Source: a virus. Taken from it: DNA of 49,926 nucleotides. The position numbers were made by a program, and so were the translations under genes. The stretch is from UHGV virus genome UHGV-1353897. One strand, written 5' to 3'. Below are positions 35,835-44,777 of this stretch, one piece after another. Below the pieces are notes generated by a model that made no database searches, was not told where the DNA came from, and saw only the letters and a list, made by a program, of their open reading frames with translations. The stretch's first letter is position 1. Every line of letters begins with the position of its first letter.

Positions 35835-38591
35835 TTATGCCCTGATAATGGAATTTGAAATAACGTCCAAGTAATCCGAAGAATTTTCAATCGGGTTCAG
35901 GGCGCTTGGTTTGTAATTCTCTTTCAAGAACCGGACAACACGATGACGTTCTACGGTCATGCGGTTCGCCTTTTTCGCGTTCCGTGTTGGCGTCTTCAGT
36001 AAATCAAACGGCACGAATCCATGAATCCTCAGAACTTCCGATGCGTGACTGAAGATTTGCAACATGCGTTGTTCAGCGCGGAACACCCTTTCATCCCGCT
36101 CATTGGTGTATAGATTCAGATTCAGAGTGCTGATCGTATCCTGGAAATGTTTGAAGCGGCGAACCTCATGGAGGGAAACACTACGCTTCGACATCGCCTG
36201 ATAATGGCGGATAGTTTGTTCGTCCAAGATATCGTCAACATAATCCAGCATTTGGTTATACCGATTAACCAGCTGATTATAACGCCCGTCTTCCCCTTCA
36301 CCGAACGCCTGTTTTACCAGATGACACCCGTATTTCAGGCGATTAGAACCAAGGTGAAGTCTCTGATGAGATTTCAGCAACCGTATCGCGTTGTGGCGTT
36401 CCAGCATCGGCTTGGCATTCTCCAACATAATCTTCAGGATTTCGTCGATCGGGATGAAGACCTCTGGGAACTTCTTCATCATCGGAACCGATTTGCGACG
36501 AGCCAAGAATATTCTGTCGTGAACGTTGAGCATATCTTTGATGTACACAGGCTTGCTATCTTCATCCGCGTGAACGGCATGTTTGTAGAGAGACTCGCGA
36601 ATACCCCGCGCCGCAGCTGTGGTCAACGTTCTGTCCATCACCTGATGGATACACTCATAGCCAGACACCTCAATATAGACGATGCGCTCGCCCTTGTTTA
36701 TGATATCTGAGATCTGGTCGCCCGTCAGTTCTTCATACTGGTATATGTCGAAGTTGCTGCGCGTGAACGGAAACAGGCCAGGGTCTTTGGTGACCGGGGG
36801 CGTGACATACGCCAGTTCGTTCATGAACTTAACTTCAGCAGGCTCCAACACCGCACTCAGCCAATCGACGAACTTGTCAGCGAAGCACAGATAATCAACC
36901 GTCGTTTCTTCTTTACCAATCCAAGTTTCAAAGAAATCATAGAGAGCCTGAGAATTCTTGAACGCAGGGTTGTCCTTAGATTGGTTGCGCTTGGTGACAT
37001 AGGATGTGTTCGGCTTGGCCACGATGACTATCGTCCCTGTATCTTTCAGCTGCTTGATCTTCAGGTTACGAGCACGAACACTATCTTCGATCACCACAGT
37101 AACATGCTGGCCGCGATCAATCCACTTCTGGATTTCTGAAATGGTCAGGGTACTGGACTCACCCCAGTCATAGAAGATCTCCATAGAGAACGGCGATGAC
37201 AGCTCATTGAACGGCGCGGTATGGTCATAATCGCGATCAATCTCAACAGGCAGCGGGTAACGGTAATATGAATCATGAAAGCGCTTGTCTGCCGGGTATT
37301 CCTTTTCAACCATCTTGCGGAACCCACTGCCGAACATTTCACTCAGTTTTGCCTTCTCCATATACAGGGCAAGAGGACCGCGCTTACACGCCAGCTCTAG
37401 GTCACGCATCTTTTCTGTCAAGATTGCATTGGCGGTGCCCTTAAACTCCTCAGAGAGCGTCTCACGCGTGAATTCGTCATATGAAAGGTCTTCACGCGAC
37501 GGCGGTACGTTCAGCGAGCCGAGTTCGAAGAACGTATAGGACGATGGAAACTTGCTCATGATAGAGGAAGTGTCTGGATCGAGCTGATTCAGGTCAATCG
37601 GGTACGACACGCCACCCATTACAGCATAATGGGTGTTCCCCTGGCCTTTCGGCTGGATGTACGTGTTGTTGACCTTGAAATCATAACTGATATCTTCCCA
37701 GCTGAAGCGGTATGAAGCGTTCTCAACAATTGGGCGCTGTTCAGGGCGCATAACACGACCAAGACGGACCAGTTCATCGGAGAATGCAGAGAAACGAGCG
37801 TTCTTCACCGGGATCTTCACCGTCATGCCGTTGAACTCATCGGTGTCTTCCGGCTTAGGATCACGGGTTTCAAGATCTTTGGTGATCAGATCAACAGTCG
37901 GGATACGCTTGGCATTCAGGTACATCAGGAAGCGATGGAGTTTACCGTCCATGCGGCTTTCCACTGTGAACGAATCCGATACCGCAAATGGTGATTTGGA
38001 GCCAAGACCGAATGCCCCAATCTGATCATCATCTTCTTCCTTCGTACTGTGGAAGAGAGTGGTATACAACCCAGGCGTACGAATGATTTCACCATCTTCG
38101 CGACGGAACACTAGACCACCATTATAGAACGCAGGCACGCCGATGACCTCAGCTGAGTCAGGGATCTCATCTTCCTTAACCACCATGTTGCCTTCCAGCA
38201 GCACCTCATCTTCCTGCGCTGGGATAGGCTCGCCAATGATCTTCTCAAGTGGCAGACCGATGCCGTAATCACGTATTTCCAGCCATGGTTCAAAGTCATC
38301 AGGTAGATGCACAACAACCTGCTTACCCTTCGGTGCAAGGTATTTGCTATGGCGGGCAGGAGGCGGAGTGAGAGGCGCGTAGTGGGATGCCATCACACGG
38401 TGCATACGATCACGCATGCCATGGGAGTCGATGGCGTTACAGACGGTTTCGCGCAGGGCTGCAGCCTCTTTGTAACGATACAATGATGAGAACAGAGTCT
38501 CAAACATCTTATCGTTCATCTTCACGTTGAACGCCTGCCCCTGAATGGAAGACGACGAGCGGATAAAGTGCTCGGACTTGCGCATTTTCAT
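35835..38591 (-). CDS. rIIA: rIIA protein (GHKL ATPase domain)
   Basis: Bergerat-fold motifs ETVCNAIDSHG, IRDYGIGL, GAFGLGSKSPF; LNVPPSREDLSYDEF resembles T4 rIIA LDIAPSREALSLDD; immediately upstream of rIIB. Confidence 0.75.
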   Translation of the reverse strand: MKMRKSEHFIRSSSSIQGQAFNVKMNDKMFETLFSSLYRYKEAAALRETVCNAIDSHGMRDRMHRVMASHYAPLTPPPARHSKYLAPKGKQVVVHLPDDFEPWLEIRDYGIGLPLEKIIGEPIPAQEDEVLLEGNMVVKEDEIPDSAEVIGVPAFYNGGLVFRREDGEIIRTPGLYTTLFHSTKEEDDDQIGAFGLGSKSPFAVSDSFTVESRMDGKLHRFLMYLNAKRIPTVDLITKDLETRDPKPEDTDEFNGMTVKIPVKNARFSAFSDELVRLGRVMRPEQRPIVENASYRFSWEDISYDFKVNNTYIQPKGQGNTHYAVMGGVSYPIDLNQLDPDTSSIMSKFPSSYTFFELGSLNVPPSREDLSYDEFTRETLSEEFKGTANAILTEKMRDLELACKRGPLALYMEKAKLSEMFGSGFRKMVEKEYPADKRFHDSYYRYPLPVEIDRDYDHTAPFNELSSPFSMEIFYDWGESSTLTISEIQKWIDRGQHVTVVIEDSVRARNLKIKQLKDTGTIVIVAKPNTSYVTKRNQSKDNPAFKNSQALYDFFETWIGKEETTVDYLCFADKFVDWLSAVLEPAEVKFMNELAYVTPPVTKDPGLFPFTRSNFDIYQYEELTGDQISDIINKGERIVYIEVSGYECIHQVMDRTLTTAAARGIRESLYKHAVHADEDSKPVYIKDMLNVHDRIFLARRKSVPMMKKFPEVFIPIDEILKIMLENAKPMLERHNAIRLLKSHQRLHLGSNRLKYGCHLVKQAFGEGEDGRYNQLVNRYNQMLDYVDDILDEQTIRHYQAMSKRSVSLHEVRRFKHFQDTISTLNLNLYTNERDERVFRAEQRMLQIFSHASEVLRIHGFVPFDLLKTPTRNAKKANRMTVERHRVVRFLKENYKPSALNPIENSSDYLDVISNSIIRA

Positions 38592-38641
38592 AGTATAGAA
38601 ATCCTATCAATGTCAAAGGGGAACATATTGGTTGAGTGGGT

Positions 38642-38668
38642 ATAATACGGTGGGCGTCTTCAATTGAA
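38642..38668 (-). promoter_or_regulatory. promoter candidate (TTCAATTGAAG box + TATTAT)
   Basis: Minus strand TTCAATTGAAG, 10 nt, TATTAT; about 50 nt upstream of rIIA start, right after the preceding terminator. Confidence 0.3.
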
Positions 38669-38692
38669 AAAGCCCTCGACTGAGGGCTTTGT
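38664..38692 (-). terminator. rho-independent terminator
   Basis: AAGCCCTC-agtc-GAGGGCTT hairpin followed on minus strand by TTTTTC; just after stop of CDS 38698..39045. Confidence 0.5.
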
Positions 38693-38697
38693 TCAGA

Positions 38698-39045
38698 TCA
38701 ATCTTCGGTGGCAAATCGCGCCTGGAAGTCGAATGTTGGGCGCTGGGCACCAGGTTCCAACTTCTCTTCCAGATAGCCGATGATGGTGCGAGTGACCGAC
38801 ACAGGCTCTTTGCGTGGGTTGACTGGAGTAGCCAGCGCGATGATAGAGGACTGCTGCTCTTCTACACGCGTGTATTCCACATTGAAGTGATAGCGAGAAC
38901 CAAAGGCCGCCACTTCGACTTCAACGATTTGTAGATCTTTCAGGTCAGTGCTGCTCAGGGTTCCCACGTTCAACTGTGAGCGCAGATGCTCAACAATGTT
39001 AGAATACACATACTGTGGGGTGATCAGCTGTTCAATAGAACTCAT
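38698..39045 (-). CDS. hypothetical protein
   Basis: 115-aa ORF. Confidence 0.5.
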   Translation of the reverse strand: MSSIEQLITPQYVYSNIVEHLRSQLNVGTLSSTDLKDLQIVEVEVAAFGSRYHFNVEYTRVEEQQSSIIALATPVNPRKEPVSVTRTIIGYLEEKLEPGAQRPTFDFQARFATED

Positions 39046-39186
39046 AACATATCCTCTACTTTTTGGGTTCGGTTTTACTTAATCGAGCGACCTCTGCTCG
39101 AAGGAAGATTATCTCGTCGGTCATCAAACATCACCCATGATCTGGCCAACTTTGGAGTGTCTGCAGAAAGATCCTTCAGGCACTCC

Positions 39187-39387
39187 TCACTTACGTTTGC
39201 GCTTGTTCTTTCCATAGGTCTTCGCCTTCTTCTTGCGGGTTACAGATGGACGACCATGTCCCGGTTCGCCGGGTGTGCCACCCTGAGTGTAACGACGCCC
39301 CCACATGTCATCACCACGATGCGCGGCGACGATTTCCATTTCTGACAGCGCTAGCATAGCAGCAACAGCCGCAGATGATTTCTTCAT
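39187..39387 (-). CDS. small protein with basic C-terminal tail
   Basis: 66 aa; hydrophobic N-terminus, Lys/Arg-rich tail; weak. Confidence 0.3.
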   Translation of the reverse strand: MKKSSAAVAAMLALSEMEIVAAHRGDDMWGRRYTQGGTPGEPGHGRPSVTRKKKAKTYGKNKRKRK

Positions 39388-39839
39388 TTTGTTTCCCCCT
39401 TGGCAGCATAGGACAGTGCCTGAACAATCATTACAGCCAGATCGATCGGTGAGTAGGTGCTGTTCAAATCTTCTCGAACACTCTGCTCGATTTCTTCATC
39501 AGACTGGACCACAGGACAGTTCTTCCCCTGGCGACGGCGTTCTGTGTTGATCATATCACGCAGGAGCAGATCGGTGAAGGAGTACTCGTCAAAGTTCTCC
39601 AGGTATTTCTGAATCCCAGTGGATACAGGGGTTTGCTCCGGCTCCTGTGCCCCAGGATCTTTCAGGGCAGCAACAGTGGCATCAATATCCCACAGAGGGT
39701 TCATCAGTAACAGAAGATTAACTGTTTCTCCTGACTCTGAAGTCGGGTTATTTCCCAGCACCTTGTAAAGATTCTTCAGGGTACTGTCAAAGGTCAGAAC
39801 GGTCTGCGCCAGTTCTTCATAAGTTGGTTTGGTAGTCAT
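39384..39839 (-). CDS. hypothetical protein
   Basis: 151-aa ORF. Confidence 0.5.
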   Translation of the reverse strand: MTTKPTYEELAQTVLTFDSTLKNLYKVLGNNPTSESGETVNLLLLMNPLWDIDATVAALKDPGAQEPEQTPVSTGIQKYLENFDEYSFTDLLLRDMINTERRRQGKNCPVVQSDEEIEQSVREDLNSTYSPIDLAVMIVQALSYAAKGETK

Positions 39840-39906
39840 CAGCGTTTGCTCCGGCGTTTGTTCTTCATCTTTCTTGGCTTGTCTGTCATGTCTTGTCCAC
39901 GAAAAA

Positions 39907-39945
39907 GGGGATAGAGCAATAATACCCTATCCCCTTTTATTGAAG
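39907..39945 (-). promoter_or_regulatory. promoter cassette (TTCAATAAA box + hairpin-embedded -10)
   Basis: Minus strand CTTCAATAAA, 11 nt, TATTAT inside GGGGATAG/CTATCCCC inverted repeat, then TTTTT; between stop of 39951 gene and start of 39839 gene. Confidence 0.4.
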
Positions 39946-39950
39946 AACGA

Positions 39951-40364
39951 TTAGACTTCAGATTCTACTTTCCCGCCTCGTAGATCCCGAACTGGTTTAC
40001 CGTCCGGTGTCATCACATAAATGGTGTTGATTGTCTCAAACCAAGACAGCTGGTCAACACCCTCGGTGTATGGAGTCACCGGAACAGAAGTCTTGACCTC
40101 TTTGCCTTTCGTGTTCGGATGTTCAACCACATCCAAGAACGCACATTTCCCGCTCGGAAGGATCACACCATCAGTAAACAGCACGATCTTCTTGCGAGGG
40201 TTGCTGGCCTCACCCAGGCACACCACCAGATGATGGATCATCTCGGGGCGGTCAATCAACAAGTCGTCTTTGATAATCCCTTGCTTGATAGCAGAGATCA
40301 CTACTTCATCCAACAGAGCCTGCTGTTGTTCCAGTGTCAGGGATTCAGTGAGTTTCACGCTCAT
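39951..40364 (-). CDS. hypothetical protein
   Basis: ORF track 39951..40433; ATG at 40364 follows upstream stop without overlap. Confidence 0.45.
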   Translation of the reverse strand: MSVKLTESLTLEQQQALLDEVVISAIKQGIIKDDLLIDRPEMIHHLVVCLGEASNPRKKIVLFTDGVILPSGKCAFLDVVEHPNTKGKEVKTSVPVTPYTEGVDQLSWFETINTIYVMTPDGKPVRDLRGGKVESEV

Positions 40365-40368
40365 GACA

Positions 40369-40938
40369 TCAGCCTTTGAAGTTAATCGGTTTCTGAATAC
40401 CAGCGTCGAACGCGGCCTGGGTACGGGTATCACTCACCACCTGACAGGTCTTGTCAAGGTCGATACGCGGGTAGCCGAACATGCCAGCAATCAACGAACC
40501 AGGGAACTGAGCCAGCTTGGTTTCGTATATTGTGCAGATATCCAGCTTCTTGGTCTGGCTGATGCGGAATTCATCACGCCCAGAACTGATCACCACCTGG
40601 ATCTCTTTGTACAGGCTGGAATCGAACTGAATATTCTGCTCCTGGATCCACTGCATGACGGCCTTGGAACCATCAGCGCCATAACGCCCTTCGAACGTGC
40701 CTTTGATCACTTCCTTCAGGCCGTCTTTATACATGTCAGGAATCTGCGCCGTCTCTTGAACTTTGAGCGTGTAGTTGCTCAGGTAGTTCTCGGAGTCTTT
40801 GTTGAACTTCTTGACCTGCTGCTCAGTGCGGTTGAAGTCGTTGAAGTAGCTGATGACTGTACCGATGCCGAGAATCACTACACCCAGCAAAGCCAAACCA
40901 ATTATCCAACCTGTTGCAATACCCTTAGATTGAGACAT
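40369..40938 (-). CDS. membrane-anchored protein
   Basis: 189 aa with N-terminal TM helix then soluble domain. Confidence 0.5.
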   Translation of the reverse strand: MSQSKGIATGWIIGLALLGVVILGIGTVISYFNDFNRTEQQVKKFNKDSENYLSNYTLKVQETAQIPDMYKDGLKEVIKGTFEGRYGADGSKAVMQWIQEQNIQFDSSLYKEIQVVISSGRDEFRISQTKKLDICTIYETKLAQFPGSLIAGMFGYPRIDLDKTCQVVSDTRTQAAFDAGIQKPINFKG

Positions 40939-40956
40939 TCTTACTTCCTCTTTTGA

Positions 40957-41601
40957 TTAAAAATTAAACGGATAACGACGACGGCCACCATTGTACTCCA
41001 TTCGCTGTAATATGAAAATTGCGGTGAACGGTAGACAGCCCAGTAGAACAACAATCACAACTTCCCAGGTCTTGAGTTCCCGCCACTTCAGGTACTCCAT
41101 TTCCTTCATCTCAACGCGGTTGTAGCCTTTGGTGATGTTAGCGACAACATCAGCCATGACACCGACACCCATGTCGTGGCCTGTGAGAGCCATGCCATTG
41201 CGAGAATGGAGTTCACGGTTATGCATACCATCAGCGAACGAAGTGCTCTTGCCCCAGTTGATCTTCAGGTCTTTGTTGATGTCGGTCACGACGATAACGT
41301 CGTTCTTTTTACCACCATCCCAAGCATAGACCAAGCCCTGGAAGTATTCAACTGGCTGACCGGAAGTCACAACCCAGACGATGTTCACCTGCTTGGCTGC
41401 GCCCAGCTTCTTCAGGACATCGTTCAGATAGTCGTTCCAGTATGTGGTCGGTAACGCCAGACCAGACACATTCAGTACACGAGTGACGCGATAGTAGTCA
41501 TAGACCTCAGGGTACTTGGGAATCTTGTCTTTGAAGCGCTCAGCAAACTGCTGGTCCGAGCGAGAGAACAAAGAGTCCTTGTTACCCAGCACATAGTTCA
41601 T
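40957..41601 (-). CDS. membrane protein (C-terminal TM helix)
   Basis: 214-aa ORF; hydrophobic segment near C-terminus. Confidence 0.45.
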   Translation of the reverse strand: MNYVLGNKDSLFSRSDQQFAERFKDKIPKYPEVYDYYRVTRVLNVSGLALPTTYWNDYLNDVLKKLGAAKQVNIVWVVTSGQPVEYFQGLVYAWDGGKKNDVIVVTDINKDLKINWGKSTSFADGMHNRELHSRNGMALTGHDMGVGVMADVVANITKGYNRVEMKEMEYLKWRELKTWEVVIVVLLGCLPFTAIFILQRMEYNGGRRRYPFNF

Positions 41602-42071
41602 GTAGGAATGCTCACGAGCTGCGGGTTCGCCGATCTGAACCTGCGCCCAGCGCGGGGCTGACCAAGACCGCGACGATCAATGCGGTCAATCGTCAGATTA
41701 CCGACAGTCGTCAACACATCCCAGTCCACGTCATATGAATGCTCATAACATGTACTGCAATGGCGAGTGCGGGTACAGGACTTGCTGCTGCCGGAGCCGG
41801 AGCATGATGTGGTGTAGTAGCAGTTGCATTCATATGAATGCTCACAGCTCACCTTATTCCGCTCCTTTGCAGTGACGTACCCGTTCAGGATCTCAACATC
41901 CCCTGAACTGCCAAGGGAGAACGCAGCATAAGTCCCCGCCTGAATCAGACAGGATAGCACCACTACAATCGCGGTCGCTATCAGAGTCTCTTTCGGCTCA
42001 TGGGTCTTGCGGTGGTAGGCCACAAACAAAATAGCCAGTACCAATGGCACACCAAACAGGAGGTAGATCAT
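41598..42071 (-). CDS. membrane-anchored Cys-rich protein
   Basis: 157 aa; N-terminal TM helix; CEHSYECNCYYTTSCSG..CTRTRHCSTC cluster. Confidence 0.4.
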   Translation of the reverse strand: MIYLLFGVPLVLAILFVAYHRKTHEPKETLIATAIVVVLSCLIQAGTYAAFSLGSSGDVEILNGYVTAKERNKVSCEHSYECNCYYTTSCSGSGSSKSCTRTRHCSTCYEHSYDVDWDVLTTVGNLTIDRIDRRGLGQPRAGRRFRSANPQLVSIPT

Positions 42072-42307
42072 TTGGATTCACCGACGAGCTGCGCCTTGGT
42101 CATCCCAAGGAGTTGATCTTTATGCTCAGGATTGGCACCGTTCTTTAACAACAAATCCCAACGCTCTTCATGGTACTGTGGGTCCAGTGCTTCATCAAAT
42201 GTGATGTGGTGGCGGAACATAATAGTTGCCACTGAATGGACACAGTGAGCGATTGCGCGCTTCATTGTTCGGGTATTCTTGATCATCTTGTACACCCTCC
42301 GACACAA
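42068..42307 (-). CDS. hypothetical protein
   Basis: 79-aa ORF; ATGA overlap. Confidence 0.45.
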   Translation of the reverse strand: MCRRVYKMIKNTRTMKRAIAHCVHSVATIMFRHHITFDEALDPQYHEERWDLLLKNGANPEHKDQLLGMTKAQLVGESK

Positions 42308-42507
42308 ATGATATTCAGTTCGCCACGGACAAACCCATTCTTACCGGAGGATTTGTTGCCGTTCAGCATTTTCCACAGCCCATCAGCGTCGCCCAATTCC
42401 GGCATCTGATACTGTACCACAGGGGTCTTGCGATCTTCTTCGAGCATTACAGACACCATAGATTCGATATCCAGGGAGTCCATATCTTCAATTCGTTGCA
42501 TTGCCAT
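42283..42507 (-). CDS. hypothetical protein
   Basis: 74-aa ORF. Confidence 0.4.
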   Translation of the reverse strand: MAMQRIEDMDSLDIESMVSVMLEEDRKTPVVQYQMPELGDADGLWKMLNGNKSSGKNGFVRGELNIICVGGCTR

Positions 42508-42519
42508 AGTGAAATCCTC

Positions 42520-42717
42520 TTAATAGAGTTTGGTGTATGTTTGTTTGACACACATAAAAGTGCTCATATATCTTTGTGATTCCACCAAATGAGCAAACGC
42601 CTTTTCTGCCGAACTCTTGTCCTTGAACTCCAGAACGGAAGTGTCTACTGCAATAGATTGATTCTTCCCGTCGAAGCCAACGGTTGTCACTAAGATCTTA
42701 TAATCTTGGGTTTCCAT
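42520..42717 (-). CDS. hypothetical protein
   Basis: 65-aa ORF; promoter cassette 30 nt upstream. Confidence 0.4.
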   Translation of the reverse strand: METQDYKILVTTVGFDGKNQSIAVDTSVLEFKDKSSAEKAFAHLVESQRYMSTFMCVKQTYTKLY

Positions 42718-42740
42718 GATGTATATCCTTGCAAAAGAAA

Positions 42741-42779
42741 GGGGAACGGGCTAATAATAACCCATTCCCCTTTATTGAA
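42741..42779 (-). promoter_or_regulatory. promoter cassette (TTCAATAAA box + hairpin-embedded -10)
   Basis: Minus strand TTCAATAAA, 11 nt, TATTAT inside nested inverted repeats GGGGAA..GGG/CCC..TTCCCC. Confidence 0.4.
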
Positions 42780-42798
42780 GGAAGCAACCCCAGTCAGA

Positions 42799-42966
42799 TT
42801 ACTTTTTCTTCAGCTCGTCCAGTTTGGCTTCGATCTGGTCCAGAATCTCTTTGCCTTTCTGAACAATCACTTCACCATCTTGCGCGTGTTTACGGAAGAC
42901 CAGAGCACCAGCGATGAAGCCGACAACCGCGCCAGGAAGCGCATAAACCAGCAGATCTTGTAACAT
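42799..42966 (-). CDS. small membrane protein (55 aa)
   Basis: Not in ORF track (under 60 aa); GAGGA SD 8 nt upstream of ATG; single TM helix then charged helix (MLQDLLVYALPGAVVGFIAGALVF...). Confidence 0.4.
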   Translation of the reverse strand: MLQDLLVYALPGAVVGFIAGALVFRKHAQDGEVIVQKGKEILDQIEAKLDELKKK

Positions 42967-43076
42967 GATAATATCCTCGCTTTATAGGCGAGGATATTTA
43001 TATCAGCGTTTCAAGAGTGCCATGAGGTTGACGCTGCTGGACTTCGACTTGTCCTCAACCTTGCGCACAGGCATCT

Positions 43077-44237
43077 TCAGGTTCGTACATACCTCGGATG
43101 GTTCCCAGCGCGACCCTTTTGCAGGTGCCAGATATGCAGAGGAACACCAGTCTCAAAGAACACAGGCATCTTCCACTTCTGGACGCCTGGAACGTGCCCT
43201 GCAGGAGCCTTTTCGCACAACAGGGTATCTGGTAGCCAGAGCGAACGGGCTTCCCAGAGCGCTGCGCAGGAGTATTCAGGCCAGACGCGTTCCATGTAGT
43301 CTATCTCATCCCAGGTACGCTCTGCGTCCCACCCGATGTAACGGGTATTCTTCAGTCGGAAGAATTTCTTCAGCCAACAAGCACCGGAGGTTTCAAAGTT
43401 CAGGCGGTTGATGAACGTCAGGTGCCCGAACTCAGCCACACAATCTTGGAACGCCTGCTCAAGGTCGGCCTCAAGGATGTCACACTCTTCATCCGTGATA
43501 GGACAACCGTTGATCTTTTTCTTCCCGTGTTTAGTCACCCAATCGTCACGGTTGGACAAGAACGCCGCTCCATTACGGTTGGACTCGCTTCCATCACGAT
43601 CACGCAACATGAAGCCAGGGACGTCAATGGTGTATTCGTTCCCGAAGACCATGTTCAGGGCTTCCAGGAAGTTCCAGGCGCTCAGGCGACCGAAGTATTT
43701 CCAGGACATCGCCGTGTCCCACAGCTGGGTGAATTGTTCTGTCTTATCGATACACACCAACATCCCACGGAAAGCGTCATATTGAGTACGGCCAGCCAGC
43801 CAGTCAATATAGGACTGAACACACGGAATCATCTTGGACTTGCGGTAGCGACAGTCGGTATCGAATCGCATGCGATCAAAGTTCAGATTATACCAATCAG
43901 AGAAGCGCTGCATCTCTTCCTTAGACTGAGGCGGCACAGGGAACTCACTGTAGATAGTCCACGGCCCGACAGCGTTATAGCAACAACCCCACAGGAATGC
44001 CATCCAGATCTTGCGCTCGACTTTCTGTTCGAGGCTGATACCTTCAGTGACTTCAATCGCATAGTCCATCAGACGCATCTGCTGGTTGTGCTCTTCTGTG
44101 TAGGACAGCGCCTCCACCCAAGCCTTGAGCAAGTACATGCGATTCTCAGGCTTGCGATAATCAACAGCCAGGTCAATCGGGTACTTCCATTCAGTCGGAG
44201 GCGTATAGCCCGTCGGCATTTTAGATAGATGCGTCAT
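43077..44237 (-). CDS. hypothetical protein (Trp/Cys-rich, 386 aa)
   Basis: Long ORF with protein-like composition; no motif recognised. Confidence 0.55.
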   Translation of the reverse strand: MTHLSKMPTGYTPPTEWKYPIDLAVDYRKPENRMYLLKAWVEALSYTEEHNQQMRLMDYAIEVTEGISLEQKVERKIWMAFLWGCCYNAVGPWTIYSEFPVPPQSKEEMQRFSDWYNLNFDRMRFDTDCRYRKSKMIPCVQSYIDWLAGRTQYDAFRGMLVCIDKTEQFTQLWDTAMSWKYFGRLSAWNFLEALNMVFGNEYTIDVPGFMLRDRDGSESNRNGAAFLSNRDDWVTKHGKKKINGCPITDEECDILEADLEQAFQDCVAEFGHLTFINRLNFETSGACWLKKFFRLKNTRYIGWDAERTWDEIDYMERVWPEYSCAALWEARSLWLPDTLLCEKAPAGHVPGVQKWKMPVFFETGVPLHIWHLQKGRAGNHPRYVRT

Positions 44238-44577
44238 CTTTCGCTTCCTCTTCAGGAGCCAGCTGAATATCTTCCGGCTTCACGAACCCCATCGGACGTT
44301 CCCACATATCGACAAAGCGACGGTCAGCGGTCACGAACCACAGACGGGCTGCGGTGTGGGTCTTACTCGAGATGAACATCTGAGCGTTCGTCTGGGTACG
44401 GAACGGAGCAGCCTGCAACCACTTGCCAAAGTCTTTGGACGACGGATTGGCATTCAGCTGGAACTGAGGGATGACGCAGTTCTTTTCAGGAATCAGACGC
44501 ACAGCCGTAATGTGCTTGGCGTTTCCGGTGTAGTCAATTGCGACAGCCACAGCATCGCGAGGGATTTGAATTTTCAT
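44221..44577 (-). CDS. hypothetical protein
   Basis: ORF track 44221..44712; ATG at 44577 gives ATGA overlap with upstream membrane-protein gene. Confidence 0.4.
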   Translation of the reverse strand: MKIQIPRDAVAVAIDYTGNAKHITAVRLIPEKNCVIPQFQLNANPSSKDFGKWLQAAPFRTQTNAQMFISSKTHTAARLWFVTADRRFVDMWERPMGFVKPEDIQLAPEEEAKDDASI

Positions 44578-44777
44578 TTTGGTTCCTTGAATATTTTGTA
44601 ACCAGCAGCGCCGATAGACATCACCGCGCCAATACAGTACATCACAGTCACGTTCAACTTCTCTGAGGTTGTTAAGTCCAGAGGGGTGAAATGATAGGCT
44701 AGGGCAGTACACATTGAAACGGCTGCCATAACCAGACCAATGAACAACAGATAATTAGACAACCGTTTCATGATCAC
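44574..44777 (-). CDS. small membrane protein
   Basis: 67 aa with two TM helices. Confidence 0.4.
   Translation of the reverse strand: MIMKRLSNYLLFIGLVMAAVSMCTALAYHFTPLDLTTSEKLNVTVMYCIGAVMSIGAAGYKIFKEPK

Noticed and set aside
36147-36710. Plus-strand ORFs (36147..36710, 35393..35845, 37285..37539) inside rIIA/rIIB
   Set aside because: rIIA and rIIB are supported by multiple family motifs on the minus strand; these are antisense artefacts.
43422-44228. 268-aa plus-strand ORF antisense to CDS 43077..44237
   Set aside because: Surrounding genes are all on the minus strand with coupled overlaps; Arg/Leu-rich shadow composition.
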